Origin: Candidatus Kerfeldbacteria bacterium
GTDB lineage: Bacteria > Patescibacteriota > Patescibacteriia > UBA10025 > JAHIVO01
Assembly: GCA_047946875.1 (NCBI GenBank)
Contig: CP181398.1
Coordinates: forward strand, 969,041-1,033,040
Direction: 5' to 3'
DNA: 64,000 bases
Shown here: positions 41,301 to 52,044 of the stretch, one piece after another
How the letters are laid out: every line of letters starts with the position of its first letter
How positions within the stretch are numbered: position 1 is the stretch's first letter
Notes under the pieces: model-generated
Database searches by the model: none
Seen by the model: the letters and a program-made list of their open reading frames with translations, nothing else
What the model was told of the DNA's origin: nothing
Made by a program: the position numbers and the translations under genes

Positions 41301-42224
41301 TCTCCAACGTCCATCCATATATTTAATTATTTCTTCTGAACCCTTGGGGATCAATCGACTGGCCTCCAAATTTAGGGATGTCGCAGCAGCTCGCTGAATA
41401 GATATATCATCCCGTTCCACTGCTTTCGGTAAATCAAGATCTGGGTATACTTGAGCGCTTGCATATACAACCGTGCTCTTATCTTTCCATTGTTTTATCG
41501 CAAAGTGTACATATGAACCCACCACATCAAGCCCATCGTGCATCTGAATAAAATCTACGAATACAGTTGATGGTTTATTTACCTCGCCCGGTATTGTAAC
41601 AATATAAGTATGCTTCATTTCCCCCGCTTTGATTCCACCGATGAAGTCAGTATTACTTACTAAATAATTCTCAAGTTCATCAACAACCGCAGCTTCTGTT
41701 TGAGGGTTCCCGCGCAGATCAACAGATCCAATGCTTTTTCTAACCGCATGCTGAGGCATTTCACTTTGTTGAATACCAAGATTCCATTCTTTAATTACAT
41801 TCGATAGTCTAGAATCTGGTAACCGTGTAGTCATTGTAGCAACAATTCCAAATGAAATTCCTGCTATTTCTTCATATGCCTCCAACTTTGGAACGGCTGA
41901 ATACGGAATCTGTGCAATAAATGCACCAGCGTCATAAACGCGTCTAATCATTCCGCCTTCGCGTTCAATAATATTCTTCACAGAATCTATGTCTTCATAT
42001 GCAGTCTCAGATACGATAACAAGTGCTTCCTGGTTAGCTTCTTCCTGTATGGTTGGTAATACGGCAGGTTGGGTAACAGTCGTGGTATCTTTCGATGCCA
42101 GCGTTAACAGGAATATTCCAAAAGCAACTCCAACACAGGACACCGCGATCATACCTACTCCAAGCGTTATCTTGGTCGCGTTGATTTGTCGTACCTTTAC
42201 TACGGTGTCTTGTTGGTTTTCCAT
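38367..42224 (-). CDS. M36/M4-like gluzincin with propeptide, beta-propeller and Cys-rich tail
   Basis: QVNAYYH, CNAYF, YHEYGH, LSEGWAD and EVH motifs; ISGD..VW repeats. Confidence 0.85.
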   Translation of the reverse strand: MENQQDTVVKVRQINATKITLGVGMIAVSCVGVAFGIFLLTLASKDTTTVTQPAVLPTIQEEANQEALVIVSETAYEDIDSVKNIIEREGGMIRRVYDAGAFIAQIPYSAVPKLEAYEEIAGISFGIVATMTTRLPDSRLSNVIKEWNLGIQQSEMPQHAVRKSIGSVDLRGNPQTEAAVVDELENYLVSNTDFIGGIKAGEMKHTYIVTIPGEVNKPSTVFVDFIQMHDGLDVVGSYVHFAIKQWKDKSTVVYASAQVYPDLDLPKAVERDDISIQRAAATSLNLEASRLIPKGSEEIIKYMDGRWRKLQKVQYEEAVETVFVDKHTGAARVRDKRLYATIQGSVHGRGVLFDPLVTLDDLTNFELDDLTVSTTSGSEQFTNDDGSFIFPTETSPTNVQAQLFGQWAAVYSLSGAENIEFDESADPGVSIDLPFNPDGNNESLTSQVNAYYHTTYIHDWAQEHLPVPLTGIDIPLRALVNRTSGCCSTLCNAYFAYNDDDQEIGFYRAGYDQWLGQSCIYSAYDTILYHEYGHFIDHMAGGIPDTNAGIGLSEGWADIFATYATDQPIIGEGFFGEDTYIRTAENDYQYPQGGVDEVHRLGQAWVGFAWQLRQMLGVDIAESLVMSTVLANSPNIPYALFDLIVLDDDDGIIINGTPHFAEIQAAAEVNGLYPFPVTEVAEITSPALYTYLYPQELLLDTITITGTAHAATVGFPQTSYQLLYSETGKDDWVAIGGLVTTPVIDGILGEWNILNVPIGDYTIRLSVNSAIGGFVYDTPIQLASRGPAKLTHGYGYTVDGDWEHNIKPDISGSRAVWARYNYDDTYIDTFDFDNPQEGIQSIALSADWYVTNLSISGDNVVWTTAGFIYYYNLSNPGAGVQQIADSNLYELDVLEISGDNIIWSETGLWEVYFIYHYDLSNPAAGVQQLPGTEAERHLLDIDEGKIVWVDWGDENPYIYMFDLSNPAAGKQLIAESDGAFARISGNTIIWKNYNKLYLYDLSNPTAGQQLIYSIPEGHIEALDIDGSKIILLKASYFNDDNPLYLYDLDNTAAGLTELMSGSSDPYISLGYMAISENRIVWNAYGVNGNDNDDIYFYHDWDCSDNEVCLNYLDDDCDGWIDYRDPDLQSVVTSCTDLAGYHSQTCNAGNVQGYQCGTSGCEPAELWTCAIGCAGSNCVCYDSDNWCDGGDCGGFNPTEFGKCYDKDEYNEITCVNSTQYMEYYCSDQYHPGWDECVGVPLQCMGSCASGQCEAPTPQPDDPECSNYNPRKPDPACAGTDPAGGMD

Positions 42225-42271
42225 ATATTTATTATTGGATAAATTAGATATTTATTTAGTAAGTATATGTA

Positions 42272-45200
42272 TTATCTATACACTGGCGTTGGACAACATG
42301 AATGATCATCATTTTCAGGCCTGCTACAATCAACATTACACTCACAAGTACGACTTACAGTATCACATTGATAACCACTTCTGCAGTCACAATCCATACA
42401 ATCTGTTTCAGTTAGTTCACCATCAATACATATTTTCCCGGTATCACCTGGTATATTACATTCTCCTGGTAAAACACCGCCCTCACAAACTTGTTCACAA
42501 TATCCTTCATCAGTACAAACATCTCCGGCTTCCACACATAGTCCTTCATTGTCTCCACAAGCAAAACAATGTGCCCATGAATCAAACCCACACGTACGAT
42601 CACCACAACTGCTTACAGCTGGAGTACTTTCACAATAAGCATCAGCCGTTCCTGTATCAACGCAAGTATCTACTGTGCAAGGATCATCATCAGCACAAGT
42701 TCTATTTTCTATACACGTAACACACTCGTTAATTGCTGTATTACAAATATAATCACTCTCACATCCACACTTGATACAGTCATTTGCTAAATAACGACCA
42801 TCACAATACTGACGGCTAGCATTGCAACTATAAGGATCCGTACCATCATCACAACCATCTCCAACATCAACATCAATTGTAGTTATTCCATAATTAGGTC
42901 CCGGACCTGCTATTGCAGGAATTGTTACATTAATATATTGCTCACCAACTATCGTCAGAAAAACTTCATGTTCATAATAGGGGTATCCAAATACTTCCAG
43001 CTTATGGACTCCTTCGGTAATAGAGATACGAACGGATGATGTTCCTTCAGAACTCTTTATATCTCTTTGAGCTTGAGCTTGAGGTTGATCATCTATATAT
43101 ACATACACTCTTCCATCTAGGCCTTCCGGATTGTTAATATTAATTTCAAGTATATCAGTATCCCCCCAGCCAATTTGGGCCATAGTATGCCAATCAAACA
43201 TAGGTTCTCCGAGATCATCACAGAAATGACCACAATCACTCCAAGCGCCATTCTTCATGAGACTATCAATTTGGTATGGACTGCAAATAATATCATTTTC
43301 ATTAGTCTTGGCTGAATTTCCTCCTGCAGCAATGACCCGATTAGCAGCTGTAGCACGTGCGTTGCATCCAATACTGTCTGTACGCCCATATTCATCCTCG
43401 GCAAAAAATACATGTGCTGATTCGTGAGCAGCAACACTTGAATCTCGGCGAAGATCACGCGCTCCCTCAAGAAAAATACCTATCTCATTATCACCAAACA
43501 CAGTGCCACCTGAACCGGAGTCTAAACGATAAATAGCGGAGCCAACTAACCTATAGTAACTATTACTTAGCGAATCTACGACTATACTCCCTGAGTATAA
43601 GGCATCTGCACTTTCAATATTATCACCAAACGTTGTTCCTCCTGTGCCAGAATCAAAGCGATAATCGTAAAACATATTAAACCCCGAAACATACACTTTA
43701 TCATGCACCGTATCAATAGCAATATCTTGAGGAATACTAATTCCTATGGTGTTCCAATTATCACCAAACACAGTGCCACCTGAACCGGAGTCAAAAAGTA
43801 CAACACGACCATTCATTTCATCAGCTACATAAACCTTATTACCCACACTATCAATGGCAATGCCTAATGGATTCCAAAAACGATTAGTTCCGCCCCATCC
43901 ATAGGATCCAAATGTTTCCCAATTATCACCAAATACCGTCCCGCCAGAACCCGAGTCAAAACGGGCAACACGATTATTAGATGTATCAACAACATAGACT
44001 TTATTATTAATATCATCAATAGCAATTCCTTTTGGACCATTAAATTGACCAACGCCGGATCCAACAGTTCCAAATTGTTCAATATTAAAACCAAGTGTAG
44101 TCCCGCCTGAGCCGGAGTCAAAACGTACAACACGGTTATTAGACGTATCAGCTACATAGACTTTGTTATTACCCGAATCAACTGAAACGCCCCACGGTGA
44201 TGAAAGTCCTAATCCCAAAGTCATACTCTCTTGATTCTGCCCGAATGTTGTCCCTCCTGAGCCGGAGTCAAAACGGGCAACACGATTATTGAATTTATCA
44301 ACTGTATATAATTTATTATTAATCTGATCAATCGCAAGGCCAGTTGGTTCATCCAAATTATTCATTCCATAAGACCAATTAAGAATAGCAAAGTGCCCCA
44401 GATATGCTTGAGGCCAATAATTATCGCCATTCACCGCTGGACGTAATTCATCCTTAACTACAAAAATAACAAAAGCTGTTTGTGCATTAAAATAATCAGC
44501 CATTTCTTGAGAGTATTTATCTACCTCGGATTGAAAACTATTTACAGTATCAAAACAAATATCAAAGTCAGTAGTACCAAATACACACACATTACGATTC
44601 CGCATTAATTGGTGCACCCAATACTTATTCTCAACATTTGTTGAAGGTTCATATTCAGTTTGTTGATCTGAATCAGCAGGATTTTCATAAAGTACATGAA
44701 ATGAAAGATTTTTACTCTCTGGAGCAGCATCGGCTAATCCATAAAGACCGTATAAAGTATTTAACGAGTGATCAATATATTGATCGTATGTCCAATTTTC
44801 ATCACCGGATCCACTGGCTGCACTCTCAACATAAATAAGATCAACGTAAATCAATCCGTGCATGCCACTTGCTCCCGGTGTAGAGCTTTTTTCTCCTCCG
44901 TCCATCTGTGATTCATAATAATCCTGGTGTATCTGAATTTCTCCTTGTCGCTCCTCTTTTGTTAGCGATGAATCATTATTAACATCTTCAATAATCATCT
45001 CTAATGCTTCTTCATCGGTTATTGTATCTTTTCCTAAATCTAAAACCTCTTTACGATCACTAACTACCACCTCACTATAAACTATTTTTTTATATGAATT
45101 GAGAAACTCCTGGGTTACAGCACTATACTCATCAAGTGAATCTTTGGCTAATATATCATTACTTGTGATAAGCTCTGTTACTAATGCGTTTTCACGAATC

Positions 45201-45643
45201 ACTTCATAATTATCCTCTGCTATCCGACCAATAAAAAGGTGCTCTGACTCAAGACTATTTAACTCCTGATTTTTTCTTTTGGATAAAATGAGAAATATTC
45301 TATCCCCTCTATTCTCAATTTCTTCTTTGAACGCAGCAATATCCGACTCCGGTTTATCTGAATTGACCACAAGAGCTGTTAAATCAAAATTCTCCACGAC
45401 AACCATGCGAAAATTTGGTCCTTCCTCAACAACTGGTAAAGGCTGTACAATAGGTGCTGGTTGTTCAGTTTTTGTCATAAGTGATCCAAGCACTCCAACA
45501 AAAGCCAACCCCACAAAAAACGCTGCTATCATCCCAACCGTAATTCCTACGGCTAGACGAGTTTCGGTAGCTACTTTTGTGACTTGTTTATTCTCCATGT
45601 TTTTATCATTAAATGTATTAGATGATTTATTTTGTTGAGCCAT
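42272..45643 (-). CDS. Zinc metallopeptidase with NHL beta-propeller and Cys-rich C-terminus
   Basis: HESAHVFFAEDEY and SLM; P.GIAID..NNKVYV.D..NNRV repeats; ends CCPTPVYR. Alternative start at 45598 (MENKQ). Confidence 0.8.
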   Translation of the reverse strand: MAQQNKSSNTFNDKNMENKQVTKVATETRLAVGITVGMIAAFFVGLAFVGVLGSLMTKTEQPAPIVQPLPVVEEGPNFRMVVVENFDLTALVVNSDKPESDIAAFKEEIENRGDRIFLILSKRKNQELNSLESEHLFIGRIAEDNYEVIRENALVTELITSNDILAKDSLDEYSAVTQEFLNSYKKIVYSEVVVSDRKEVLDLGKDTITDEEALEMIIEDVNNDSSLTKEERQGEIQIHQDYYESQMDGGEKSSTPGASGMHGLIYVDLIYVESAASGSGDENWTYDQYIDHSLNTLYGLYGLADAAPESKNLSFHVLYENPADSDQQTEYEPSTNVENKYWVHQLMRNRNVCVFGTTDFDICFDTVNSFQSEVDKYSQEMADYFNAQTAFVIFVVKDELRPAVNGDNYWPQAYLGHFAILNWSYGMNNLDEPTGLAIDQINNKLYTVDKFNNRVARFDSGSGGTTFGQNQESMTLGLGLSSPWGVSVDSGNNKVYVADTSNNRVVRFDSGSGGTTLGFNIEQFGTVGSGVGQFNGPKGIAIDDINNKVYVVDTSNNRVARFDSGSGGTVFGDNWETFGSYGWGGTNRFWNPLGIAIDSVGNKVYVADEMNGRVVLFDSGSGGTVFGDNWNTIGISIPQDIAIDTVHDKVYVSGFNMFYDYRFDSGTGGTTFGDNIESADALYSGSIVVDSLSNSYYRLVGSAIYRLDSGSGGTVFGDNEIGIFLEGARDLRRDSSVAAHESAHVFFAEDEYGRTDSIGCNARATAANRVIAAGGNSAKTNENDIICSPYQIDSLMKNGAWSDCGHFCDDLGEPMFDWHTMAQIGWGDTDILEININNPEGLDGRVYVYIDDQPQAQAQRDIKSSEGTSSVRISITEGVHKLEVFGYPYYEHEVFLTIVGEQYINVTIPAIAGPGPNYGITTIDVDVGDGCDDGTDPYSCNASRQYCDGRYLANDCIKCGCESDYICNTAINECVTCIENRTCADDDPCTVDTCVDTGTADAYCESTPAVSSCGDRTCGFDSWAHCFACGDNEGLCVEAGDVCTDEGYCEQVCEGGVLPGECNIPGDTGKICIDGELTETDCMDCDCRSGYQCDTVSRTCECNVDCSRPENDDHSCCPTPVYR

Positions 45644-45669
45644 ATTTAATATATATTAATAAATATTTT

Positions 45670-47919
45670 TTAATAATACACGGGAGCTTCTGGTATACAA
45701 CATTTCCATTCAATATGAGAACAATAATATTTAACACCACTAGCATCATAAAGATCGTAATCATCACATTCATTTATAAATTTATTAATACACGTACCAC
45801 CCTCATCTTCGCATGTACTTGTGCTACATTGTCCGCTCATACAATAACTTCCTGCTTCGCACTCACCACAATCAAAACATCCATCAACACTTTGACCACA
45901 CACTTTATCACCGCACGAGTTTTGTATTAATTCATTAGAGCAATTCGCATCAGCAGTACCAACATCAGCACATATATCGGTCGTACACCTATCTCCATCG
46001 TCACATTCGCTGTTAGTACTGCAGAGATAAAGATATTCTATTTCAACTGTCAATTTTCGTTCTTCTGTGGGAACACTGTCATCAGAAACTGATAGTGGGC
46101 TAATTTTTACATTTGCCTCTATATCAGTCCATGAATTCCCGACTTGTAATGCTACATTCCTACTGGCGGCGTTAAACCAATTTCCACACTCGCCATATGG
46201 AGGTCCACAAAGATCAATTAAATATGATTTAGCACTATTTGGGAAATCTACTCCTGCTGAACGTTCTGTAGTATGAACAAGTGCACCTGTAATAAGATTA
46301 GACCAATTAACTGAAGTCTCATCATAGCCAATTGGCTGGCGGTACTCTACATATACATAATGATCATCTCCACGTGGTATTTTAAGAGCTTTTAACTTTG
46401 ATCTGTCTGCAATTTCAATCGGATACAACTCATATATTCCATTGGCATCAACTGTTTGAATTTCTGTGCCGTCAATAAACCATCCTGTTACATCTTTATG
46501 GAGAGCATTATAATGAGACATTGCTGTATTGCCCATAATTTCATGGCTATCGCGATATTCATCGCCACTATCAAAAACACATTCACTTAATGGTGTTGTA
46601 AAGGCGTTACACCGAAGAACCGCAGCATGACGATTGCCAAAATTATGCCCAAGTTCATGTCCGGAATTAATTGAAATTTGCCTAAAATATGAATCATAAT
46701 TTGGTACACCTTCATAGGCTGGATAATATCTAGATTGAAGTGTTACACGTCCTATTTCATATTCATCACCCGGGTTCGTACCTGGTATTGTCATTTCATC
46801 CTGATCAGCAGACCCAAGACTTGCATATGCAGCCCACCAACATGGACTACCATCACTCTCCTGCCAAGGTGCTACGACAACTACATGATCGTATTCCGTA
46901 AAATCAATGTCATCAGCATCATAGGCTTTTTGCATAGATTGTTCAAAAAATGTTTTTAAATATGTTTCATAATCACAAGTAGTATTGAAATCAACCTTAT
47001 ACCGTGAACTTGGATTGCTAGGATAAATATCAGCTGTTTCTCCAGGATTTACTACTCCTCTAAAGCTTAATTGGTTATATGAGTTTTCTAGATAGTAATC
47101 GTTTGTATTATCCATTACTTTTCCGATAGTTTCATGCTCTGGGCTTGTTTCAGATGTATTGGCAAAGTTAACCTTTAAGATTATTGTTTTACGTTCACCA
47201 AGATATGATGTATTAGATTTGTCTTGTGTCACTAAATATCCCGATATGCCATCAGCAGGATTTTCAATTAAATTCCGCGCCCCGTCTAATAATAACTTAT
47301 CATCAAGCACATATCCAATAATTTCAGCCGTGGTACTTGAAACTGTAATATCTTTTGGTGGTACGGATGGGAACAGATTTATTGAGTTATCATCATTTGT
47401 AATAAAGGTATATGAGTCTTTACTGATGCCTTCTCCAAAATTATCAAAAGTATTTATATAAACCTTTCCGTCATACGTAGTTAATATTTCTGAACAATTA
47501 GTAGCATAGGTATTTACTTTATCAAGCTCTGCTTTGGTAAATACTGATTCTAAAGCTGCAGATGAATCCATCTGCATTAGATCTGATAAAAGCTGTTTTC
47601 TGATAATAATAAGGGATTGGATTGTACTGACATTCTTCCCTGCTGCCAAGGCTGCTCTGAGATCAGTATTTACTTTGTTCATTGAGCTTATCATCTCCTT
47701 AATATCAGTACTGTCTGCTACTGGTTTTTCTAATATCAACGGCTTTGATTCAGTACACGTTACTTTTACTATCCTTCGTTCAATAGATGACGTTGGTGTA
47801 CTAAAAAATCCAACAACAATCCCTGTCGCCAAACACAAAGACGCTCCCATCATAACCGCAATAATGATTTTTTCTTCAATTGAAACTTTGGTTTTTATTT
47901 GTGGTTGATCTAATTTCAT
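45670..47919 (-). CDS. M11-like zinc metallopeptidase with Cys-rich C-terminus
   Basis: Start reassigned by paralogy (MKLDQ); HELGHNFGNRH and EIMG; ends CCIPEAPVYY. Confidence 0.85.
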   Translation of the reverse strand: MKLDQPQIKTKVSIEEKIIIAVMMGASLCLATGIVVGFFSTPTSSIERRIVKVTCTESKPLILEKPVADSTDIKEMISSMNKVNTDLRAALAAGKNVSTIQSLIIIRKQLLSDLMQMDSSAALESVFTKAELDKVNTYATNCSEILTTYDGKVYINTFDNFGEGISKDSYTFITNDDNSINLFPSVPPKDITVSSTTAEIIGYVLDDKLLLDGARNLIENPADGISGYLVTQDKSNTSYLGERKTIILKVNFANTSETSPEHETIGKVMDNTNDYYLENSYNQLSFRGVVNPGETADIYPSNPSSRYKVDFNTTCDYETYLKTFFEQSMQKAYDADDIDFTEYDHVVVVAPWQESDGSPCWWAAYASLGSADQDEMTIPGTNPGDEYEIGRVTLQSRYYPAYEGVPNYDSYFRQISINSGHELGHNFGNRHAAVLRCNAFTTPLSECVFDSGDEYRDSHEIMGNTAMSHYNALHKDVTGWFIDGTEIQTVDANGIYELYPIEIADRSKLKALKIPRGDDHYVYVEYRQPIGYDETSVNWSNLITGALVHTTERSAGVDFPNSAKSYLIDLCGPPYGECGNWFNAASRNVALQVGNSWTDIEANVKISPLSVSDDSVPTEERKLTVEIEYLYLCSTNSECDDGDRCTTDICADVGTADANCSNELIQNSCGDKVCGQSVDGCFDCGECEAGSYCMSGQCSTSTCEDEGGTCINKFINECDDYDLYDASGVKYYCSHIEWKCCIPEAPVYY

Positions 47920-47990
47920 AGATTTATTATTATACGATTTTTTTAGTTGAATGGGCATTAGTACAAAATATTATGAACGGATAGTATATT

Positions 47991-50900
47991 TTATCTATGC
48001 ACTGGCGTTGAACAACATGCATGATTTGGATAGTTTGCACAATTAACAGAACATTCGCAATAATAATCTCCTTGGCCATTATCCCAACAGGAATACCCGC
48101 CACTACATCCGCATACTCGGCAATCCGTATCAATTAGTTGGCCATCTTCGCATAACAGAGCGCCATTACCCACTCCATTACATGCTCCGGCGGGAGTACT
48201 TCCACAATCTGAATAACAATAGTTATCAAGACATGTATTACCTCCTACACACGATCCATTATAATCTCCACATACGGAACAATGTTTCCATGTATCCCAA
48301 CCGCATTCATAATCACCACATTCACTTGCTACAGGAGCGTTTGTGCAATATGAATCAACCCCAGTTCCAACACAAATATCATTCGTGCATAAATTACTAT
48401 CATAACAATCTTCATTAACACTACACGTTATAACCGTAAGCGTCATTGATACTGTGTTGAACTTCTCTGGATTTGCTACTTCCCTCACACCAAAGGTGAG
48501 ATCATAACTGCCAACCTGTTCTATAGTAGGTGTCCACATAAATACTCCATTGGCAGAAAGAAGGTTAGCTCCAGCTGGCAGATTGTCCACATAATATTCT
48601 ATCGCATCACCATCAAAATCCATGCCTTTCAAAAGAAGATTAAAGGAAGAACCAGCAATTACTTCTCGATCATCGATAGCACGGATAACTGGATCGTTAT
48701 TGATATATGTCCAATAAATATCCCAATTAGACCCGCCAGCTCGATTATCCATCCAAACAACTTTATCTCCTGATATTGCTGGATTTGTTTGTCTGTCTGT
48801 ATCAAAAGTCAACTGTACTCCACTTAAAGTGGGATTAGCTAAATCATAGAAATAAATATCATCATTGCCACTTCGTGTGTCCATAAATACAATATAATCT
48901 CCATCAATCGAAGGTTGTTGTTGATCTGCTGGATGATCAAATACTCTTTCCATTGTCTGACTAGTAATATTATAGATAAACAGATTATAATTATATGTAT
49001 CCCATACTATATTACCATCCGAAAAATCAAGTTCTCTAAGCCAAGTAGCCTTGCTAACAGCCAACTGTGCCCCAAGCTCTGGCTTATCAAGTTGGTAATA
49101 ATAAATATCATCATCATCTAGAAAATCACGCGGCGTAGAAAAAAACACAATTGTATCACCATCCATACTTGCATCATATGACTGTATTGAAGAATCATCA
49201 GTTAACTGTTGTATACCTAAACCCGGATTAATAATATCAAACAAATATATTTCTTTCGGACCTGTCCCCTCATCATGAAATACGATTTTGTTATTCGCCA
49301 TATCCATTTTAGAATTACAACACCCAATAAGTCCGGTAGCAGCTAACTGCTCTCCTGCAACCGAATTATTAAGATCATAGTAATATATTTCTTTTTTAGT
49401 ATAATCAAGCCAGACGATATAATTTTGATCTACAATAGGATACCTCTGAAAATCTGAATCAAATGTAATTCTTTGTTCTCCGGCCCCAGGATTATTCAAA
49501 TCATAATAATAAATATCATAACCATTACGCTCATCTTGCCAGACGATTATATCACCACTAATTTGTGGTCTATTTTGACTACCTAAATCCGTCGTAAGCT
49601 GAATAGGCGGAATTATACCAATGCTAACTGTTTGTGTATCAATAAAATAACCCACCGATGTGCTCACTATAAGCTTCAGAGTATAAACACCTAGTTGTAA
49701 ATTATGTACATCCCACTCACCAATCACTCCGTTATCAACATCTGTAAAACCCTCTATAATCTGTGTCCAAGTATCTGGATTTGTACCTTCCCCATAATAT
49801 AATTTATAATCATCTAGCTCTGCCACAATTCCCAGTGCATTTGCATTACCCATAACTGAAACAAAGTTCTCGCCAGCCAAGAAAAGTTCTGACAAATATA
49901 TTGTCTCAACTGGTTGTGTAATCAACGCTACAGTATCAAGATGGAATGGATATAAATTATGATTTTCAGCTGCATTAATGATAGCGCCTAGATGTGGTGT
50001 GCCATTTCCCAAGTTAGCATCATTATCATCAATAATAAGTAAATCAAGCACAGCACTAGGAATATCAGATGAATTAGCTAATATAGTTGGTAATACAATA
50101 TCTTCGGCTGTTTCCGCGCCAAGTGCTCGCCTAAGATCCCAAGCTAAACCAACCCATGCTTGTCCTAGATCATGCTCATCAACACCCTCGGGATTTTCAG
50201 GATACTGGTAATCATTATCCGCTGTTCGTATATGTTCACCCATTGCCCAGTAATTTTCTCCAATTAATGGTTGGCCAGTAGCAAATGTTGAGAAAATATC
50301 AGCCCATCCTTCAGATAAACCTTTATTAGTAATGCCCCCAAGTTTATGATCCACAAAATGACCATACTCATGATAAATTATTGTGTCATAAGCAGGATTT
50401 AAACAAATCCCGTCGCCAGAGAGATAAAATTCAATATGGAAAAAATAGCGATCATATGATGCATTACATATATAATCTGGATCAGGGTTATTTACATGCA
50501 ACCGAACTGGATAATCAAGCCCAAAAAAAATTTCATTAATAACAGACACTTGGCTGCCCAATTCTGACTCTATCCAGTCATGAATAAAAGAACCATGATA
50601 GTAAGCATTTACCTGAACTGTAGAATGTTCATCATTACCCGTGGGATTCAAATGTATTATCTCATCAATACTTTCTGTCGCATTGTCATTTTCATAATAT
50701 ACCCATGGTTCGCTCCAAGTTCCACTAAAAAGATGTTCTCCTCTCATAGCAGCTGTAATACCAATTGGTGTAGTGCTAACATCAAGTGAGAAATCGCCTG
50801 ATTCATCAGTGTAAGCTACATCATTATCATCAGACCAAACTTTCATATTTTTTAATGGTGCTTCGGTCAAACTATCTCCTGTTGTCCTTGGATCAAATTC

Positions 50901-51989
50901 TACAAAACGTCCCGTTACATTGCCTTGTATCTGAGCAAAGATAAGGCCATTTTCCCGGAACACTTCACCGTTATCACGGTCTACTATTGCGATATCCGTA
51001 GAACCTTTAAAGGCATAAATATTAACTCTACGCCAAGCATTATCAATGTATCTAACTGATGATTCAACTATTGGTGTTTCATAATTACTATCATCAAGCG
51101 TGAGTGCTCCAACTATCGAAGCTTTATCTGTACTATCATCAATTCCCAGTACTTCTGTTGCTCGTTGTTCTAGTATTCTTTCTAACTGAGGCGTTGCTGT
51201 AACAAGTGACAATTCTGGATAAACATTACTTGACGCGTATTGGATGACACTTTCGGTGTCAGTCATTTTAATAGCGAAATGAACATAGGTGTCTTCAACC
51301 GGTAAACCGTCTTTCATTTGTACGAAGTCAACAAAGGCTGTAGCTGCTCTACTTTCTGTAGCTGGGATTATGACACTGTATGTTTCTTCAAAATTATTGA
51401 CTGATAGACTTCCAATTAAGTCAGAACTTAATTGGGACTGTACTGCATCAACAATAGCTTGTTTCTCTGTAATCTTAGTGGTCGCAATTAGTTCAGTTCC
51501 ACTCTTTCCGGCTAATAGTGCAGGCGGCTGCTGTTTGTTAAATTCACTTGTATTCCATTGATCAATGACCTCCTCATAATATGCCTGCTCTTTCGGATCA
51601 TATTCCGACTGGATAGCACCAAAAAAGACATCCTTCACACTGTCGTCAGCTCTTAGTGCTTCAATGCTTGAATATGGAATTGTTGCGTACAAAGCAACCT
51701 CTGATGATTGATCGGCAATTATTCCACCGCTTTTTTCAATAATACTGATAAGAGAGGTGGTATCGACATCAGTAACTAAGAGTATCATTGCATCCCTGTT
51801 TTGATCTACGGCAACTAAGGTATCTTCTGGTGGTGGTTGAATTGCTTCTATATCCTGATCAAGCTTTGAAAAAAGCAGCAATCCAAAAGCAGCACCAACA
51901 CATAATACCGCGATCATGCCTATTCCAAGCATTATCTTAGTCGCGTTGATTTGTCGTACCTTAACTTTAGTATCTTGTTGGTTTTCCAT
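47991..51989 (-). CDS. M36/M4-like gluzincin with beta-propeller, Ig-like domain and Cys-rich tail
   Basis: Start reassigned by paralogy (MENQQD); YHEYGH and LSEGWAD; NLPAGA..FMWTP Ig-like domain; ends CCSTPVHR. Confidence 0.85.
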   Translation of the reverse strand: MENQQDTKVKVRQINATKIMLGIGMIAVLCVGAAFGLLLFSKLDQDIEAIQPPPEDTLVAVDQNRDAMILLVTDVDTTSLISIIEKSGGIIADQSSEVALYATIPYSSIEALRADDSVKDVFFGAIQSEYDPKEQAYYEEVIDQWNTSEFNKQQPPALLAGKSGTELIATTKITEKQAIVDAVQSQLSSDLIGSLSVNNFEETYSVIIPATESRAATAFVDFVQMKDGLPVEDTYVHFAIKMTDTESVIQYASSNVYPELSLVTATPQLERILEQRATEVLGIDDSTDKASIVGALTLDDSNYETPIVESSVRYIDNAWRRVNIYAFKGSTDIAIVDRDNGEVFRENGLIFAQIQGNVTGRFVEFDPRTTGDSLTEAPLKNMKVWSDDNDVAYTDESGDFSLDVSTTPIGITAAMRGEHLFSGTWSEPWVYYENDNATESIDEIIHLNPTGNDEHSTVQVNAYYHGSFIHDWIESELGSQVSVINEIFFGLDYPVRLHVNNPDPDYICNASYDRYFFHIEFYLSGDGICLNPAYDTIIYHEYGHFVDHKLGGITNKGLSEGWADIFSTFATGQPLIGENYWAMGEHIRTADNDYQYPENPEGVDEHDLGQAWVGLAWDLRRALGAETAEDIVLPTILANSSDIPSAVLDLLIIDDNDANLGNGTPHLGAIINAAENHNLYPFHLDTVALITQPVETIYLSELFLAGENFVSVMGNANALGIVAELDDYKLYYGEGTNPDTWTQIIEGFTDVDNGVIGEWDVHNLQLGVYTLKLIVSTSVGYFIDTQTVSIGIIPPIQLTTDLGSQNRPQISGDIIVWQDERNGYDIYYYDLNNPGAGEQRITFDSDFQRYPIVDQNYIVWLDYTKKEIYYYDLNNSVAGEQLAATGLIGCCNSKMDMANNKIVFHDEGTGPKEIYLFDIINPGLGIQQLTDDSSIQSYDASMDGDTIVFFSTPRDFLDDDDIYYYQLDKPELGAQLAVSKATWLRELDFSDGNIVWDTYNYNLFIYNITSQTMERVFDHPADQQQPSIDGDYIVFMDTRSGNDDIYFYDLANPTLSGVQLTFDTDRQTNPAISGDKVVWMDNRAGGSNWDIYWTYINNDPVIRAIDDREVIAGSSFNLLLKGMDFDGDAIEYYVDNLPAGANLLSANGVFMWTPTIEQVGSYDLTFGVREVANPEKFNTVSMTLTVITCSVNEDCYDSNLCTNDICVGTGVDSYCTNAPVASECGDYECGWDTWKHCSVCGDYNGSCVGGNTCLDNYCYSDCGSTPAGACNGVGNGALLCEDGQLIDTDCRVCGCSGGYSCWDNGQGDYYCECSVNCANYPNHACCSTPVHR

Positions 51990-52044
51990 ATATTTATTAT
52001 TAGACATATTAGATATTTATTTAGTAAATATGTGAAATTTATTT

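Noticed and set aside
43480-44290. CRISPR-like regularly spaced repeats
   Set aside because: They are in-frame NHL blade repeats inside a CDS; no cas genes are present.
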